The notes beneath the pieces are model-generated. The model saw only the letters and a program-made list of their open reading frames with translations, was not told the origin of the DNA and did not search any database. Shown one piece after another: positions 41,806 to 52,173 of a stretch of 64,000 nucleotides of DNA; positions within the stretch are counted from its first letter, which is position 1; each line of letters begins with the position of its first letter. The DNA lies in contig CBDCKB010000004.1 of assembly GCA_965217995.1 (NCBI GenBank), positions 2,123,729 through 2,187,728 of the forward strand. Direction: 5' to 3'. The translations under genes were made by a program, and so were the position numbers. The stretch is from Rhodobacterales bacterium. GTDB lineage: Bacteria > Pseudomonadota > Alphaproteobacteria > Rhodobacterales > CAZPXZ01.

Positions 41806-43122
41806 ATGTCCCTCTCTTTCGAACCCTATTGGTGGGACGCGGCACCGCCCGCCTCCGACCCTGCCCCGGCAGAACTGCCGGATTCCGTCGACACGGCGGT
41901 CGTGGGGGCCGGATTCACCGGCCTCGCCGCCGCCCGGGTGCTGGCCGCGGCCGGACGGGACACGCTGGTCCTGGAGGCCCGCCGGCTCGGCTCCGGGGCC
42001 AGCACCCGCAATGGCGGCATGGCCGGCAGCGGCACCCGCCAGCGTCTCGGTGAGATCGCCTCCCGCTATGGCATGGACCGGGCACAGCGCATCCTGCGCG
42101 AAAGCCTGGAAGCGGTGGACAGCCTCGAAACGATGATCCGCGAACTCGGCATCGAGTGCGACTTCGCCCGCACCGGCCGGGTTCTGGCCGCCTGGCGGCA
42201 CCGGGACCTCGACGGTTTTGCCCGGCATGCCGAGGATGTGAATGCCCTCCGCCCCGGCGAGGCGCAGCTGGTCGATGCCGACCGCCTGCAGACCGAGGAG
42301 GTGGCCTCCCGCCGCTATCATGGCGGCCTGGTGCTGCGCACCCATGGCGGGCTGCATCCCGCCAAACTCCATGCCGGGCTGCTCGCTGCCACCCGCGCCG
42401 CCGGTGCGCGGTTTGCGCCGCAGATGCCGGTGCAGGGGATCGAACGCACCCGCGACGGCTTCCGGCTGCGCACCCCGGCCGGGGAGGTCCGGGCCGGCGA
42501 GGTGATCGTCGCCACCAACGGCTATACCGACCGTGCGATCCCGTGGCTCCGGCGCCGGCTGCTGCCCATTCCCTCCTATGTGATCGCCTCGGAGCCGATG
42601 CCTCCGGCCGAACTCGCGGCCCTGATTCCGGGCGGCCGGATGATTGTCGAGAGCCGCCACCGGTACTGCTATTACCGCCGCTCGCCGGACGGCACCCGGC
42701 TGCTGTTCGGGGGACGCGCGTCCCTCGCCGAAATCCCCCTGCCCCGGGCGGCGGTGCGGCTGCAGCGGATGATCGCCGATCTGTTTCCGGAGGCGGCAGG
42801 CCGGTTGCGCTACAGCCATTGCTGGACCGGTTTCGTGGCCTTCACCGGCAGTTTCCTGCCCTTCGTTGCCCGCCAGGACGGCATCCATTATGTGGGCGGC
42901 TACAACGGCAACGGCGTGGCCCTCTCCCAGTATCTCGGGCGCAAGGCCGCGCTCCTCGCCCTCGGCGATCCCGAGAGCGAGACCGCCTTTGCCGGAACCC
43001 GGCCCGAAACCCCCACCTATTACCTGCTCCCCGGCGGGCTGATCCGGTCCGGTGCCGAGGCGGTGCTGCGGTGCCAGGACCTGTCCGACCGGACCGCCCG
43101 CCGCCCGCGTCAGCGCCGCTGA
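41806..43122 (+). CDS. FAD-dependent oxidoreductase (DAO family)
   Basis: ..TAVVGAGFTGLAAA..GASTRNGG.. Confidence 0.8.
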   Translation: MSLSFEPYWWDAAPPASDPAPAELPDSVDTAVVGAGFTGLAAARVLAAAGRDTLVLEARRLGSGASTRNGGMAGSGTRQRLGEIASRYGMDRAQRILRESLEAVDSLETMIRELGIECDFARTGRVLAAWRHRDLDGFARHAEDVNALRPGEAQLVDADRLQTEEVASRRYHGGLVLRTHGGLHPAKLHAGLLAATRAAGARFAPQMPVQGIERTRDGFRLRTPAGEVRAGEVIVATNGYTDRAIPWLRRRLLPIPSYVIASEPMPPAELAALIPGGRMIVESRHRYCYYRRSPDGTRLLFGGRASLAEIPLPRAAVRLQRMIADLFPEAAGRLRYSHCWTGFVAFTGSFLPFVARQDGIHYVGGYNGNGVALSQYLGRKAALLALGDPESETAFAGTRPETPTYYLLPGGLIRSGAEAVLRCQDLSDRTARRPRQRR

Positions 43123-43652
43123 CCGCGAAACCGGCGCACGAGCAGCACGAAGGGGGCGAGCAGCGGCAGAATCATCAGGAGCTTGACCGCCAGATCGGTG
43201 GCGGCCCATTGCACCCAGCTGCCGCCGCTGCCGGCAAAGGCGAGGCTGTAGAACAGCGCCGTGTCGATCGTGCTCGCCACCGCCGAAGACAGTACCGGAG
43301 CGCGCCACCAGAGCCCCTTGCGGAGGCGGTCGAAGACCTCGACATCGACCAGCTGCCCGACCAGGAAGGCGGTCCCGGAAGCCAGCGCAATGCGCGGCCC
43401 CGCGATCACGGCCGAGGCCGCCACGGCGAGCACGAAACTCACCCAGACCACGCGCCGGGCGGCCACGGGTCCGAACAGCCGGTTGATCAGGTCGGTGACC
43501 AGGAAGGCCAGCGGAAAGACGAAATGGCCCCAGGTCAGCCAGTCATTGATGGGATGCAGCACCGCGTAATTGGCGGCCGCGACCACCGCCGCCATCGCCA
43601 GGATGCCCCCGACCAGTGCCCCTCGGGACACGGAAGGCGTTTCTTCCTGCAT
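43110..43652 (-). CDS. VUT/YhhQ family (queuosine precursor transporter-like) membrane protein
   Basis: Start MQEETPS inside ORF 43110..43712; ..FPLAFLVTDLINR..STIDTALF.. Confidence 0.7.
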   Translation of the reverse strand: MQEETPSVSRGALVGGILAMAAVVAAANYAVLHPINDWLTWGHFVFPLAFLVTDLINRLFGPVAARRVVWVSFVLAVAASAVIAGPRIALASGTAFLVGQLVDVEVFDRLRKGLWWRAPVLSSAVASTIDTALFYSLAFAGSGGSWVQWAATDLAVKLLMILPLLAPFVLLVRRFRGQRR

Positions 43653-43860
43653 CTGGACCTCCTCCTTCCCGGACCGGCACCTGCCCCGCCGGTCCGGTGC
43701 AAATCTGCACATATGGATGGCACACCGGTCCGGCGGAGGGCCGGCAAAGATGCTATCCTGTCAGGCCGACATTCGCTGGCAGGGCCCTTCCGTGGAAGCC
43801 ACCCGGGGCCCTGGACAGAGGGCCGTGTCCGACGACATGTCCGACCACAAGGGGGGAACC

Positions 43861-45204
43861 ATGACCGACTATCAATCCGGCAGCGACCACATCGCGACCA
43901 ACTCTCTCGAAGAGCAGTGGATGCCCTTCTCCGACAACCGGGGCTTCAAGCAGGCCCCGCGCATCGTGGATGAGGGCCATGGGATGTATCTGACCGACCA
44001 CCGGGGCGAGCACCTGCTCGACGGCAGTTCGGGACTGTTCTGCTGCCCGGCCGGCAATTCCCGTCCGGAGATCACCGAAGCGGTGTACCACCAGATGCAG
44101 CGCAACAGCTACGCACCCCCGTTCCAGATCGGCACCAAGCCCGCCTTCGCCGCCGCCGAGCGGGTCGCGCGGCTGCTGCCCGAGCCGATGAACCATGTGT
44201 TCTTTGTCAATTCCGGCTCGGAGTCGATCGATACCGCACTCAAGATCGCCATGGCCTATCACCGGGCCCGAGGCGAAGGCCAGCGGGTCCGCTTCGTCTC
44301 ACGCGAGCGCGCCTATCACGGCGTCAATATCGGCGGAACCTCCCTGTCCGGCCTGGTCAAGAACCGCGAGACCTTCTCCGGTGTCATGCCCCATGTCGCG
44401 TTCATGCGCCACACCTGGCTGGAGAAAAACCGCTTCGAGCGCGGCCAGCCGACGCATGGCACGGAACTGGCCGAGGATCTGCAGCGCATCGTCAACACCT
44501 TTGGCGGCAGCACGATCGCCGCATGTTTCGTGGAACCGGTGGCGGGCTCCTGCGGCTGTCTGATCCCTCCCAAAGGCTATCTCGAGCGGCTGCGCGAGAT
44601 CTGCGACGAGAACGGGATCCTGCTGGTGTTTGACGAGGTGATCTGCGGCTTCGGCCGGCTCGGGGCTCCTTTCGGGGCCGATCTCTTTGGCGTGATCCCG
44701 GATGTGATCACCATGGCCAAGGCACTGACCAACGGGGCCATCCCGATGGGTGCGGTCGGGGTGCGGGATGAAATCTACGAGACCGTCACCGAGGCGGCCC
44801 CGGACAACGCCATCGAGTTCTTCCACGGCTACACCTATTCCGGCCATCCAGTCGCCTCGGCCGCCTGCGTCGCGGCCCTTGATATCTACGAGAGGGAGAA
44901 TCTGTTCGAGCGGGTGAAAGAGAATGAGGCGTATTTCCTCGACGGGATCTGGAGCCTGCGCGACCACCCGTTGGTGACCGATATCCGCGGCATCGGCCAT
45001 TTTGCCGCAGTGGATATCGCTTCCGCCCCCGGCATGCCGGGGCAACGCGGTCCGGAGGTGCAGAAGGACCTGTTCCTGAACGGCCTGCATGTGAAATTCA
45101 CCGGCGACTGCGCACTCCTGGCCCCGGCCTTCACGGCCGAGCGGAAGCATTTCGATGAACTCGTGACCCTCCTCCAGGGCGGGCTCGACCGCATCCCGGC
45201 CTGA
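43861..45204 (+). CDS. class III (omega) aminotransferase, beta-alanine/pyruvate type (alternative start 43837)
   Basis: ..FVNSGSESIDTALK..FDEVICGFGRLG.. Confidence 0.9.
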   Translation: MTDYQSGSDHIATNSLEEQWMPFSDNRGFKQAPRIVDEGHGMYLTDHRGEHLLDGSSGLFCCPAGNSRPEITEAVYHQMQRNSYAPPFQIGTKPAFAAAERVARLLPEPMNHVFFVNSGSESIDTALKIAMAYHRARGEGQRVRFVSRERAYHGVNIGGTSLSGLVKNRETFSGVMPHVAFMRHTWLEKNRFERGQPTHGTELAEDLQRIVNTFGGSTIAACFVEPVAGSCGCLIPPKGYLERLREICDENGILLVFDEVICGFGRLGAPFGADLFGVIPDVITMAKALTNGAIPMGAVGVRDEIYETVTEAAPDNAIEFFHGYTYSGHPVASAACVAALDIYERENLFERVKENEAYFLDGIWSLRDHPLVTDIRGIGHFAAVDIASAPGMPGQRGPEVQKDLFLNGLHVKFTGDCALLAPAFTAERKHFDELVTLLQGGLDRIPA

Positions 45205-45216
45205 TCCCGGCACCCC

Positions 45217-46140
45217 ATGCTGGCGACCGAGCCGGTCCGGTTTCCCGATGCCCTGCGGGAGGGTGCACGCGGCGGAGTGCCGACCCGCGCCCTGGTGGTC
45301 GGCGCGCATGCCCCGCATGTGCTGGAGGGCGTGCGCCGGGCGGTCGGGGAGGACTGGATCGAACCTGTCCTGATCGGACCGCCGGACGGCATCCAGCACG
45401 CGGCCGACAAGATCGGATGGGATCCGGTCGGGATTGAAACCCTCCCCGCAGAGGGCGAAGCGGAAATGGCCGCCGCGGCGACCCGGGCCGCCCCTTCCTG
45501 CGGCATGGTGATCAAGGGGCATATCCACACTTCGGCACTGCTCGGTGCGCTGCTGCGCAAGGAGGCCGGGGTCCGTACCGGCGGCGGCCTCGCGCATGTG
45601 TTCTACCTCACCCATCCCGACAGCCCGCGAGGGCTGGCGGTCGCCGACGGCGCGTTGAACATCGCGCCCGACCTGGAAATGCGGAAGCAGATCCTCCGGC
45701 TCCTCGCCGGGCTGCTGCGGATCCTCGGAACCCCGCGTCCGCGCATTGCCATTCTCGCCGCCACCGAGGAGGTGGCTCCCCAGATGCCGGTGACGCTGGA
45801 GGCGAAGGCGCTCGCCGACTGGGCGGAGGAGGAGGGGCTCGAGGCCGAGGTGCACGGCCCCCTGGCCCTCGACGCGGCCCTGTCCCCGGTGGCAGCCAGG
45901 ATCAAGGGCATCGAATCACCGGTGGCGGGAGCCGCGGATGGATTGCTGGTGCCGGACATCGAGACCGGCAATGCGGTGGTCAAGACGCTGATCTGGTGCC
46001 GCGCTGCCTGCGCGGCCGGAATCGTTCTCGGCGGGCGGATTCCGGTTCTGGTGCCCAGCCGCAGCGACCCCCCGGAGGCGCGGCTTGCGGCGACCGCCCT
46101 GGCACGCATCGTCGCCCGCCATGGAGACAGCGGCTCCTGA
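45217..46140 (+). CDS. phosphate acetyl/butyryl transferase family protein
   Basis: ..MVIKGHIHT..IAILAATE..VPDIETGNAV.. Confidence 0.7.
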   Translation: MLATEPVRFPDALREGARGGVPTRALVVGAHAPHVLEGVRRAVGEDWIEPVLIGPPDGIQHAADKIGWDPVGIETLPAEGEAEMAAAATRAAPSCGMVIKGHIHTSALLGALLRKEAGVRTGGGLAHVFYLTHPDSPRGLAVADGALNIAPDLEMRKQILRLLAGLLRILGTPRPRIAILAATEEVAPQMPVTLEAKALADWAEEEGLEAEVHGPLALDAALSPVAARIKGIESPVAGAADGLLVPDIETGNAVVKTLIWCRAACAAGIVLGGRIPVLVPSRSDPPEARLAATALARIVARHGDSGS

Positions 46141-46165
46141 CAGGAACGGCCCCCGGGCCTCCCGC

Positions 46166-47734
46166 TCAGCCCGGGCGCATGACCTCCCGCGGCAGTTTGA
46201 TATCGAAACTCCCGCGGATCCGGGCATCCATCTCCTCACTGACATAATCCGGGAAATGCCCGTCGAGGATCTCGCGCTTGCGCTGGGTGGCCCGGTCCAG
46301 AATGTCGAGACGTCCTTCCTCCGCCCATTCCTTGGGGGATGTCCGGTCGGCGATCTCGGGATAGATGTATTCGCTCTGCATCAGCTTCAGGGTCTGGTCC
46401 GAGCCCAGATAATGGCCCGGCCCGTTGAGGCAGACCTCGCGGATGGTGTCCACCGAGCAATTTTCCTCGTTCACCTCGATTCCGCGCAGGCACCGCAGAC
46501 CCGCGCCCAGCATGTCGTTGTCGATGAGCAGGGATTCGGGCGAAAAGCCGAGCAGAGAAGCATGCATGCCGGCGGCCTCATAGACCATGTTGACGCCGGA
46601 AAGGCCCGCCATGACCGTGGTCATGCCCTTCTCGTAGCCGGATTGCGCGTCGGGCAGTTTGGCGTCGGCCATGCCGGCCGCGGAGGCGGTCGGAAGTCCG
46701 TAGAAACGCCCCATCTGCCCGCAGGCCGCGGTCAGCAGGGACTGCTCGCCGGAGCCCCCGGACATCGCCCCGGTCCGCAGATCGGAGACAAAGGGCCAGG
46801 AACCGGCGACGACCGGATGGCCCGGAGAGATGGCGTTCACATAGAGCAGTCCGGTGATGGCCTCGGCAAAGGCCTGTGCCACCGCCCCGGCGATCGCGGC
46901 CGGTGCCGTGGCGCCGGCCTGCCCGGCCGACAGGGCCAGAATCGGCACGCCGGCCCGCGCCCCCGCCTCCAGCACCGCGCAGGAATCCCAGGCGAATTTC
47001 AGAGGCGGCACGACAAAGCAATTCGCGTTGCTGATGAACGGCTTTCTCCGCCAGGCAGCCTCGCCGCCCGCGACGCAATGCAGCAGTTCGATCACCCCCT
47101 TGAACGTGGTGCTGTCATTGATGGACATGCCGACATGCTTGCGGATGCCGGCCAGGCAGACATAGGCGGTGTTGATATCGAGGTCGAGCGGGGTGGGCAT
47201 GTCCCGCGCGATCAGCGGGCGCTGGAAGTAGTGGATGTTGTCGCAGAGATCGGCAATGCGGGCCGCATCGTAGAGGTCGCGGAGCATGGATTCGCGGTAT
47301 TCCCGCTTCTCGAGATCGACGACATGGACCGCCGCCCCGCCCGTGCCGTAATAGGCCCGGTCCCCGCAGGGATTGATGTCATAGGCCGGGTCGCGTGCAT
47401 ACCAGACAAAATCCCGGTTGGCCGCGGCGATGGCGTCCTCGACCAGGGCGCGGGGAAACCGTATCCGGCCGGTTTCCGAATCCTGGATCGCACCCGCACC
47501 GATCAGGGTCCGGGCCGTGAAATCGGGGGCTTCGCCGAAACCGATCTCTTCGAGAATGCGGAGGACGGCCTGGTGGATCTGCTCGATGCCGGCGGCATCG
47601 AGGGGGCCCTGCCCCGGGCTCGACATGCCCGGCCGGACCGGGCGCAGATCCGCCGCCAGGGGGGCGGTACGTATCTCACGGCGCGCACGGCGCCCGCCGG
47701 CACGGCGTGGCGCGCTACCGGAAGATGAAGCCAT
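46166..47734 (-). CDS. trimethylamine methyltransferase (MttB) superfamily protein, non-pyrrolysine type
   Basis: 522-aa uninterrupted ORF; ..IHQAVLRILEEIG..LSAGQAGATAP..YLGSDQTL.. Confidence 0.9.
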   Translation of the reverse strand: MASSSGSAPRRAGGRRARREIRTAPLAADLRPVRPGMSSPGQGPLDAAGIEQIHQAVLRILEEIGFGEAPDFTARTLIGAGAIQDSETGRIRFPRALVEDAIAAANRDFVWYARDPAYDINPCGDRAYYGTGGAAVHVVDLEKREYRESMLRDLYDAARIADLCDNIHYFQRPLIARDMPTPLDLDINTAYVCLAGIRKHVGMSINDSTTFKGVIELLHCVAGGEAAWRRKPFISNANCFVVPPLKFAWDSCAVLEAGARAGVPILALSAGQAGATAPAAIAGAVAQAFAEAITGLLYVNAISPGHPVVAGSWPFVSDLRTGAMSGGSGEQSLLTAACGQMGRFYGLPTASAAGMADAKLPDAQSGYEKGMTTVMAGLSGVNMVYEAAGMHASLLGFSPESLLIDNDMLGAGLRCLRGIEVNEENCSVDTIREVCLNGPGHYLGSDQTLKLMQSEYIYPEIADRTSPKEWAEEGRLDILDRATQRKREILDGHFPDYVSEEMDARIRGSFDIKLPREVMRPG

Positions 47735-47920
47735 CGGCGGTCCCCTCCAACGAACGGTCAGCTACCCGAATATACCCCCTAGACTCGGAGTATATCGGGA
47801 ACCGGCGACGGGAAAAGAATTTCTCCGCCATCCGGCCGGGACCCTGCACCTGGCGGGGGACCCCGAAACGAACGGGAATCGGGAGCGATCCGGACCGCTT
47901 CGGAAGTGCGAAAACCCGCC

Positions 47921-49399
47921 TCAGCCCCCCACGCTCAAACCCACATAGCGCGGCGTGACACCGTCATGGAGGAGCACCAGAGCGGAGCGCCGGTCCTTCG
48001 CACGCGTCTCTTCGACCAGACTCTCCACATCGGTCGGTGTCTGCACGAGCTTCCGGTTGACCTCCTGGATCACCGACCCCGGGGTAATGCCGGCACGGCT
48101 GGCCGGGCTGTTCGGCTTCACCGCCACCACCAGCACGCCCTTGATACTGTCGTCGATTCCAAAACGCTTCCGGCCGGAATCCTCCAGCCGTTCCAGCGAC
48201 ATCCCGAGCTGGGTCGAGGCCGCGGGAGCCGGTGCCTGCCCGACCACCGTCTCCTCGTCTTCTTCCTCGGCGAGCCGGCCGATCTCCACCGGCAGGGTCT
48301 GGCTGCGCTCATCGCGCCAGATCTTCACCCGCACATCCCGCCCGATCTCGGTCTGCGCCACCATCCAGGGCAGATCGCGCATCTCCTCCACCTCATCACC
48401 GTCATAGGCAAGGATGACATCCCCGGCCTGGATGCCGGCCTGTTCGGCCGGGCTGGCGGATACCACCTTGCTCACCAGGGCACCGGCAGCCTTCTCCAGG
48501 CCCAGGAGCTCGGCAAGTTCCGTATCCACCGTCTGGATGTGCACACCGAGCCAGCCGCGCCGCACCTGGCCGTGCTCGCGGATCTGGTCGACAATCAGGG
48601 AGGCGATCCGCGAGGGCACCGCCAGCGCGACGCCGCTCGAGGCCCCGCTGGGGGAGAGAATGGCGGTGTTGACGCCGATCACCTCCCCTTTCGTGCTGAT
48701 CAGCGGCCCGCCGGAATTGCCCTTGTTGACGGCCGCGTCGGTCTGGATGAAATCGTCATAGACGCCGGCCTGGATATCGCGGTTGCGGGCCGAGACGATG
48801 CCGGCGGAGACCGAGCCTCCGAGGCCGAAAGGGTTGCCGATCGCCAGCACCCAGTCGCCCACCCGGATCGAATCCGAATCCCCGAAATTGATGAACGGCA
48901 GCGGACCCTCGGGGACAACCTTGAGGAGTGCGATATCGGTTTGCTTGTCGGCTCCCACGATCTCCGCCGCCAGCCGATCCTTCTCCGAGAACTGCACCTC
49001 CACCTCCGAGGCACCCTCAATGACGTGATGGTTGGTAACGATGTAGCCGCTCGGGTCGATCACGAAACCCGACCCAACGGCCGGCGGCAGGTTTTCGCGC
49101 TGTCCGCGACGCCCGAAGAACTCGCGATACGGGAAGTCCGGAGGCAGATTCTTGAAGAAGTCCGGCAGTTCTCCGCCCTGCTCTTCGCCCTGCTCCCCGC
49201 CATCATTCCGGATCGCAAAGATGCTGACCACCGCGGGCGAGGCCCTTTCGGCGAGGTCCGCAAAATCCGGCAGGTCGCGCCCCTGCGCTGTCCCGGAAAC
49301 GCCTGGCAGCAGGACAATCAATGCCCCCAAGGCCATGGCACCCGCCATGTTGCGAAATCCCCGGCTGGGGTGGGGCGGGTATGAAATTGTCGGTTGCAT
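47921..49399 (-). CDS. Do/DegP/HtrA family periplasmic serine protease
   Basis: Start MQPTISY..; ..TNHHV..GNSGGPL..; two PDZ-like regions. Confidence 0.9.
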   Translation of the reverse strand: MQPTISYPPHPSRGFRNMAGAMALGALIVLLPGVSGTAQGRDLPDFADLAERASPAVVSIFAIRNDGGEQGEEQGGELPDFFKNLPPDFPYREFFGRRGQRENLPPAVGSGFVIDPSGYIVTNHHVIEGASEVEVQFSEKDRLAAEIVGADKQTDIALLKVVPEGPLPFINFGDSDSIRVGDWVLAIGNPFGLGGSVSAGIVSARNRDIQAGVYDDFIQTDAAVNKGNSGGPLISTKGEVIGVNTAILSPSGASSGVALAVPSRIASLIVDQIREHGQVRRGWLGVHIQTVDTELAELLGLEKAAGALVSKVVSASPAEQAGIQAGDVILAYDGDEVEEMRDLPWMVAQTEIGRDVRVKIWRDERSQTLPVEIGRLAEEEDEETVVGQAPAPAASTQLGMSLERLEDSGRKRFGIDDSIKGVLVVAVKPNSPASRAGITPGSVIQEVNRKLVQTPTDVESLVEETRAKDRRSALVLLHDGVTPRYVGLSVGG

Positions 49400-49529
49400 G
49401 GATTTCTCCTTCCATCCACTGCTCCGGCTGGAATGACCGGGCCGAGTACTGATATGGGGCATCATTGTGGAATCATCCGGGCAAATTCCCGGCAATTCTG
49501 TGGCAATTCCCGGCATGCTGCAGCGGCAC

Positions 49530-49742
49530 TCAGCCGCGAACCAACCACACGACACACAAACCGGCAGCGGCCAGGAGCAGGGCGATGATCCGCACGACCC
49601 ACGGATCGATCCGTTCCATCGCTGCCAGAAACCCCGCCGCGAGCCGGCGTGACAGGACCGGCATGGCCGCCACCAGCACGCCTTCAATGAAGATCCAGAG
49701 GCCGAGTCCGACGGCCAGGTCCCGGAAGAGACTTGCCAGCAC
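49530..49742 (-). CDS. DUF2065 small membrane protein
   Basis: 70 aa, two hydrophobic helices, directly downstream of hflC as is usual. Confidence 0.6.
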   Translation of the reverse strand: MLASLFRDLAVGLGLWIFIEGVLVAAMPVLSRRLAAGFLAAMERIDPWVVRIIALLLAAAGLCVVWLVRG

Positions 49743-49757
49743 GGCGAGCCCTCCCTG

Positions 49758-50633
49758 CTACTTCGGCTCCACCTGGTCCGATTTCAGATACTCGAAGAAC
49801 TCCGAGTCCGGGTTGATCACCAGGGTCGAGTTCGAGCCCTTGAGCGCCCGCACATAGGCCGTCAGAGACCGGTAGAAAGCGAAGAATTCCGGATCCCGTC
49901 CAAAAGCATCGGCAAATACCCGGTTGCGCTGGGCATCCGCCTCACCGCGCGCGATTTCGGATAGCCGACGTGCCTCGGAGACGATCTCCACCGCCTCCCG
50001 GTCGGCGCCGGCGCGGACCTTCTGCGCCGCCTCAGCCCCCCGGGCCCGCTCGTCAGCAGCCTCCCGCTGGCGTTCTGCCTCCATCCGCTGGAAGGTCGCC
50101 TGCAGGTTCTGCTCGGGCAGGTCCGCGCGGCGGATGCGCACGTCAATGATTTCGACCCCGAGGCCCTCGGCCTCGGTCTTGGTGGAATCACGGATTGAGC
50201 GCATCAGTGCAGCCCGCTCGCCCGAAAGCACCGTGCCGGAAGTCTGGGAGCCGAGCACTTCCCGGAGCGAGGCGTTGAGGATGGTCTCCAGCCGGGAGAG
50301 CGCGGCACGCATGCTCTGGACCGATTCACGGAACCGGCGCGGATCGGTGATCCGCCAGCGGGCAAAAGCGTCCACCACAAGACGGCGGCCATCCAGAGGG
50401 GTGACCTCCAGGGACGTCGTCTCAAGCGGCAGGATGCGGGCCTCGTAATACTCGACCGTGTTGAAAGGCGGGGGCAGCTTGAATTTCAGCCCCGGCTCGC
50501 TCTCCACCCGCTCGACCCGACCAAAGGCCAGCACCAGTGCCTGCCGACGTTCGTCGACCACAAACACGCAGGCAAGCCCGGCCACCACGAGGGCGGCGAG
50601 AACCGCCGCAAGAATCAGCCTGCGGCGGGTCAC
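49758..50633 (-). CDS. hflC: protease modulator HflC
   Basis: SPFH/band-7 domain; 4-nt overlap with the hflK stop. Confidence 0.9.
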   Translation of the reverse strand: MTRRRLILAAVLAALVVAGLACVFVVDERRQALVLAFGRVERVESEPGLKFKLPPPFNTVEYYEARILPLETTSLEVTPLDGRRLVVDAFARWRITDPRRFRESVQSMRAALSRLETILNASLREVLGSQTSGTVLSGERAALMRSIRDSTKTEAEGLGVEIIDVRIRRADLPEQNLQATFQRMEAERQREAADERARGAEAAQKVRAGADREAVEIVSEARRLSEIARGEADAQRNRVFADAFGRDPEFFAFYRSLTAYVRALKGSNSTLVINPDSEFFEYLKSDQVEPK

Positions 50634-51745
50634 TGTTCCGGCTCCTGCCGGCGGCCCTTTTGGAGCTCGTTGAGCGGCAGATACGGGACCACACCCTGCC
50701 CGCTGCTGCCGATATCGTCGATGATGATCTTGTCGACATCGCCAAGCACCTGCTCGAGGGTTTCGATATAGAGCCGCTTGCGGGTCACCGCCGGAGCCAG
50801 CAGGTAGGACGCATAGACATTATTGAAACGCGCCGCCTCGCCCTGGGCCTCTTTGACCACCCGCGCGCGGTAGCCCTCGGCCTCCTGCAGGACCTGCGCA
50901 GCCTCACCCCGCGCCTCGGCGAGGCGCTGGTTGGCGTAGGCCCCGGCCCGCTTCTCAAGCGTGTCCCGGTCCTGCTCCGCTGCCTGGACATCCCGGAAGG
51001 CGTCGATCACCCCCGGCGGCGGATCTGCGCGGTCAAAATTGACGCGCACGATATTGACGCCGGACTCGTAGGAATCGAGGGTCTCCTGGATCAGGTTATA
51101 CACGTCCTGGGTGACCAGACCGCGATCTCGGTTGAGGATCGGTTTCAGCTCGGAGCGGCCGATCACCTGACGCATGGCGGACTCGGCCACGGCCTTGATG
51201 GTCTTGTCGGGCGACGCGAGGTTGAAGAGGAACTTTTCCGGTTCGGCAATGTTCCAGACCACCTGGAAATTGATGTCGACAATGTTCTCGTCGCCGGTGA
51301 GCATCAGGCTTTCGTCACGAACACTCCTGAGCTGCGTCGAACTGTTGCTGGATTCGGCACTGTCCCGGTAGCCGATCTCGACGGAGTTTTCGCGGGTGAC
51401 CGGCAGGACTTCCGCGGTCTGCACCGGCCAGGCAGCAAAATGCAGGCCGGGCCCCTGGGTGGTGGTATAGCGCCCGAAGGTGAGAACGACCGCCGCTTCA
51501 TCCGGCCGGACCGAAAACACGGAGGCATAGACCCAGACACCGATCGCAGCGACAAAGGCGAGCAGAAGCGCGGCGCGGTTCGAGCGGCCGCCATCCCGGC
51601 CACCCCCGAAAACGCTGCGGAAGCGGTCCCGTCCCTTGTTGAACAGGTCGTCAAGATCCGCCTGTGGGTTTCGTGGCCGCCGCGGGGGCGGATCGGAGGA
51701 AGGCCCCCCGCCCCACGGACCGGCACCGTTGTCGTTCCAGGACAT
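50630..51745 (-). CDS. hflK: protease modulator HflK
   Basis: Start MSWNDNGAGPWGGGP.. inside ORF 50630..52081; SPFH domain. Confidence 0.9.
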   Translation of the reverse strand: MSWNDNGAGPWGGGPSSDPPPRRPRNPQADLDDLFNKGRDRFRSVFGGGRDGGRSNRAALLLAFVAAIGVWVYASVFSVRPDEAAVVLTFGRYTTTQGPGLHFAAWPVQTAEVLPVTRENSVEIGYRDSAESSNSSTQLRSVRDESLMLTGDENIVDINFQVVWNIAEPEKFLFNLASPDKTIKAVAESAMRQVIGRSELKPILNRDRGLVTQDVYNLIQETLDSYESGVNIVRVNFDRADPPPGVIDAFRDVQAAEQDRDTLEKRAGAYANQRLAEARGEAAQVLQEAEGYRARVVKEAQGEAARFNNVYASYLLAPAVTRKRLYIETLEQVLGDVDKIIIDDIGSSGQGVVPYLPLNELQKGRRQEPEQ

Positions 51746-52102
51746 AGAGAACACCTCGCGTATAGATTGACGGTGGGAGAATTTCTGCCACCTGCCGCAA
51801 GATAGACAAATCAGGCCGGAATTGCAAGAACCGGCGGGGAACCGCGGAATTTCCCGATTGTTCACCATTCCCCAAGGGGCATGGAACGGCGGGCCCGTGC
51901 CATCCTGCAGACATCCCAAGGAAGCAAAATTCGGATCCGGAAGCCAAAATGCCTGCCGCTGGACGATGGAGGGCTTCGCCCGTGCGGAGCACGCCTCATG
52001 CCCCAAACCGAGGAAGACACAGGCAGGTCCCCTCCAAGGATGGTTTGAAACTGCGGGAGCCCGGCAGAATTTGGGTTGCATCCACTTCTTTTGATGAAAC
52101 TC

Positions 52103-52150
52103 CTGCCGTGAGCAGGGATCGCCGGAAAGCGCAGGAAATCCTCACGGCAG
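52103..52150 (-). terminator. 10-bp inverted repeat downstream of the glycosyltransferase cluster (weak terminator candidate)
   Basis: ctgccgtgag..28 nt..ctcacggcag; large loop, no clean U-tract. Confidence 0.25.
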
Positions 52151-52173
52151 CGTCTACAAGACGTACCCCATGA

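Noticed and set aside
47735-47920. Possible cobalamin riboswitch or operator upstream of the MttB gene, including the small inverted repeat atatac..14 nt..gtatat.
   Set aside because: No B12-box-like sequence is seen on the coding strand. The 6-bp inverted repeat is too short to interpret without further evidence.
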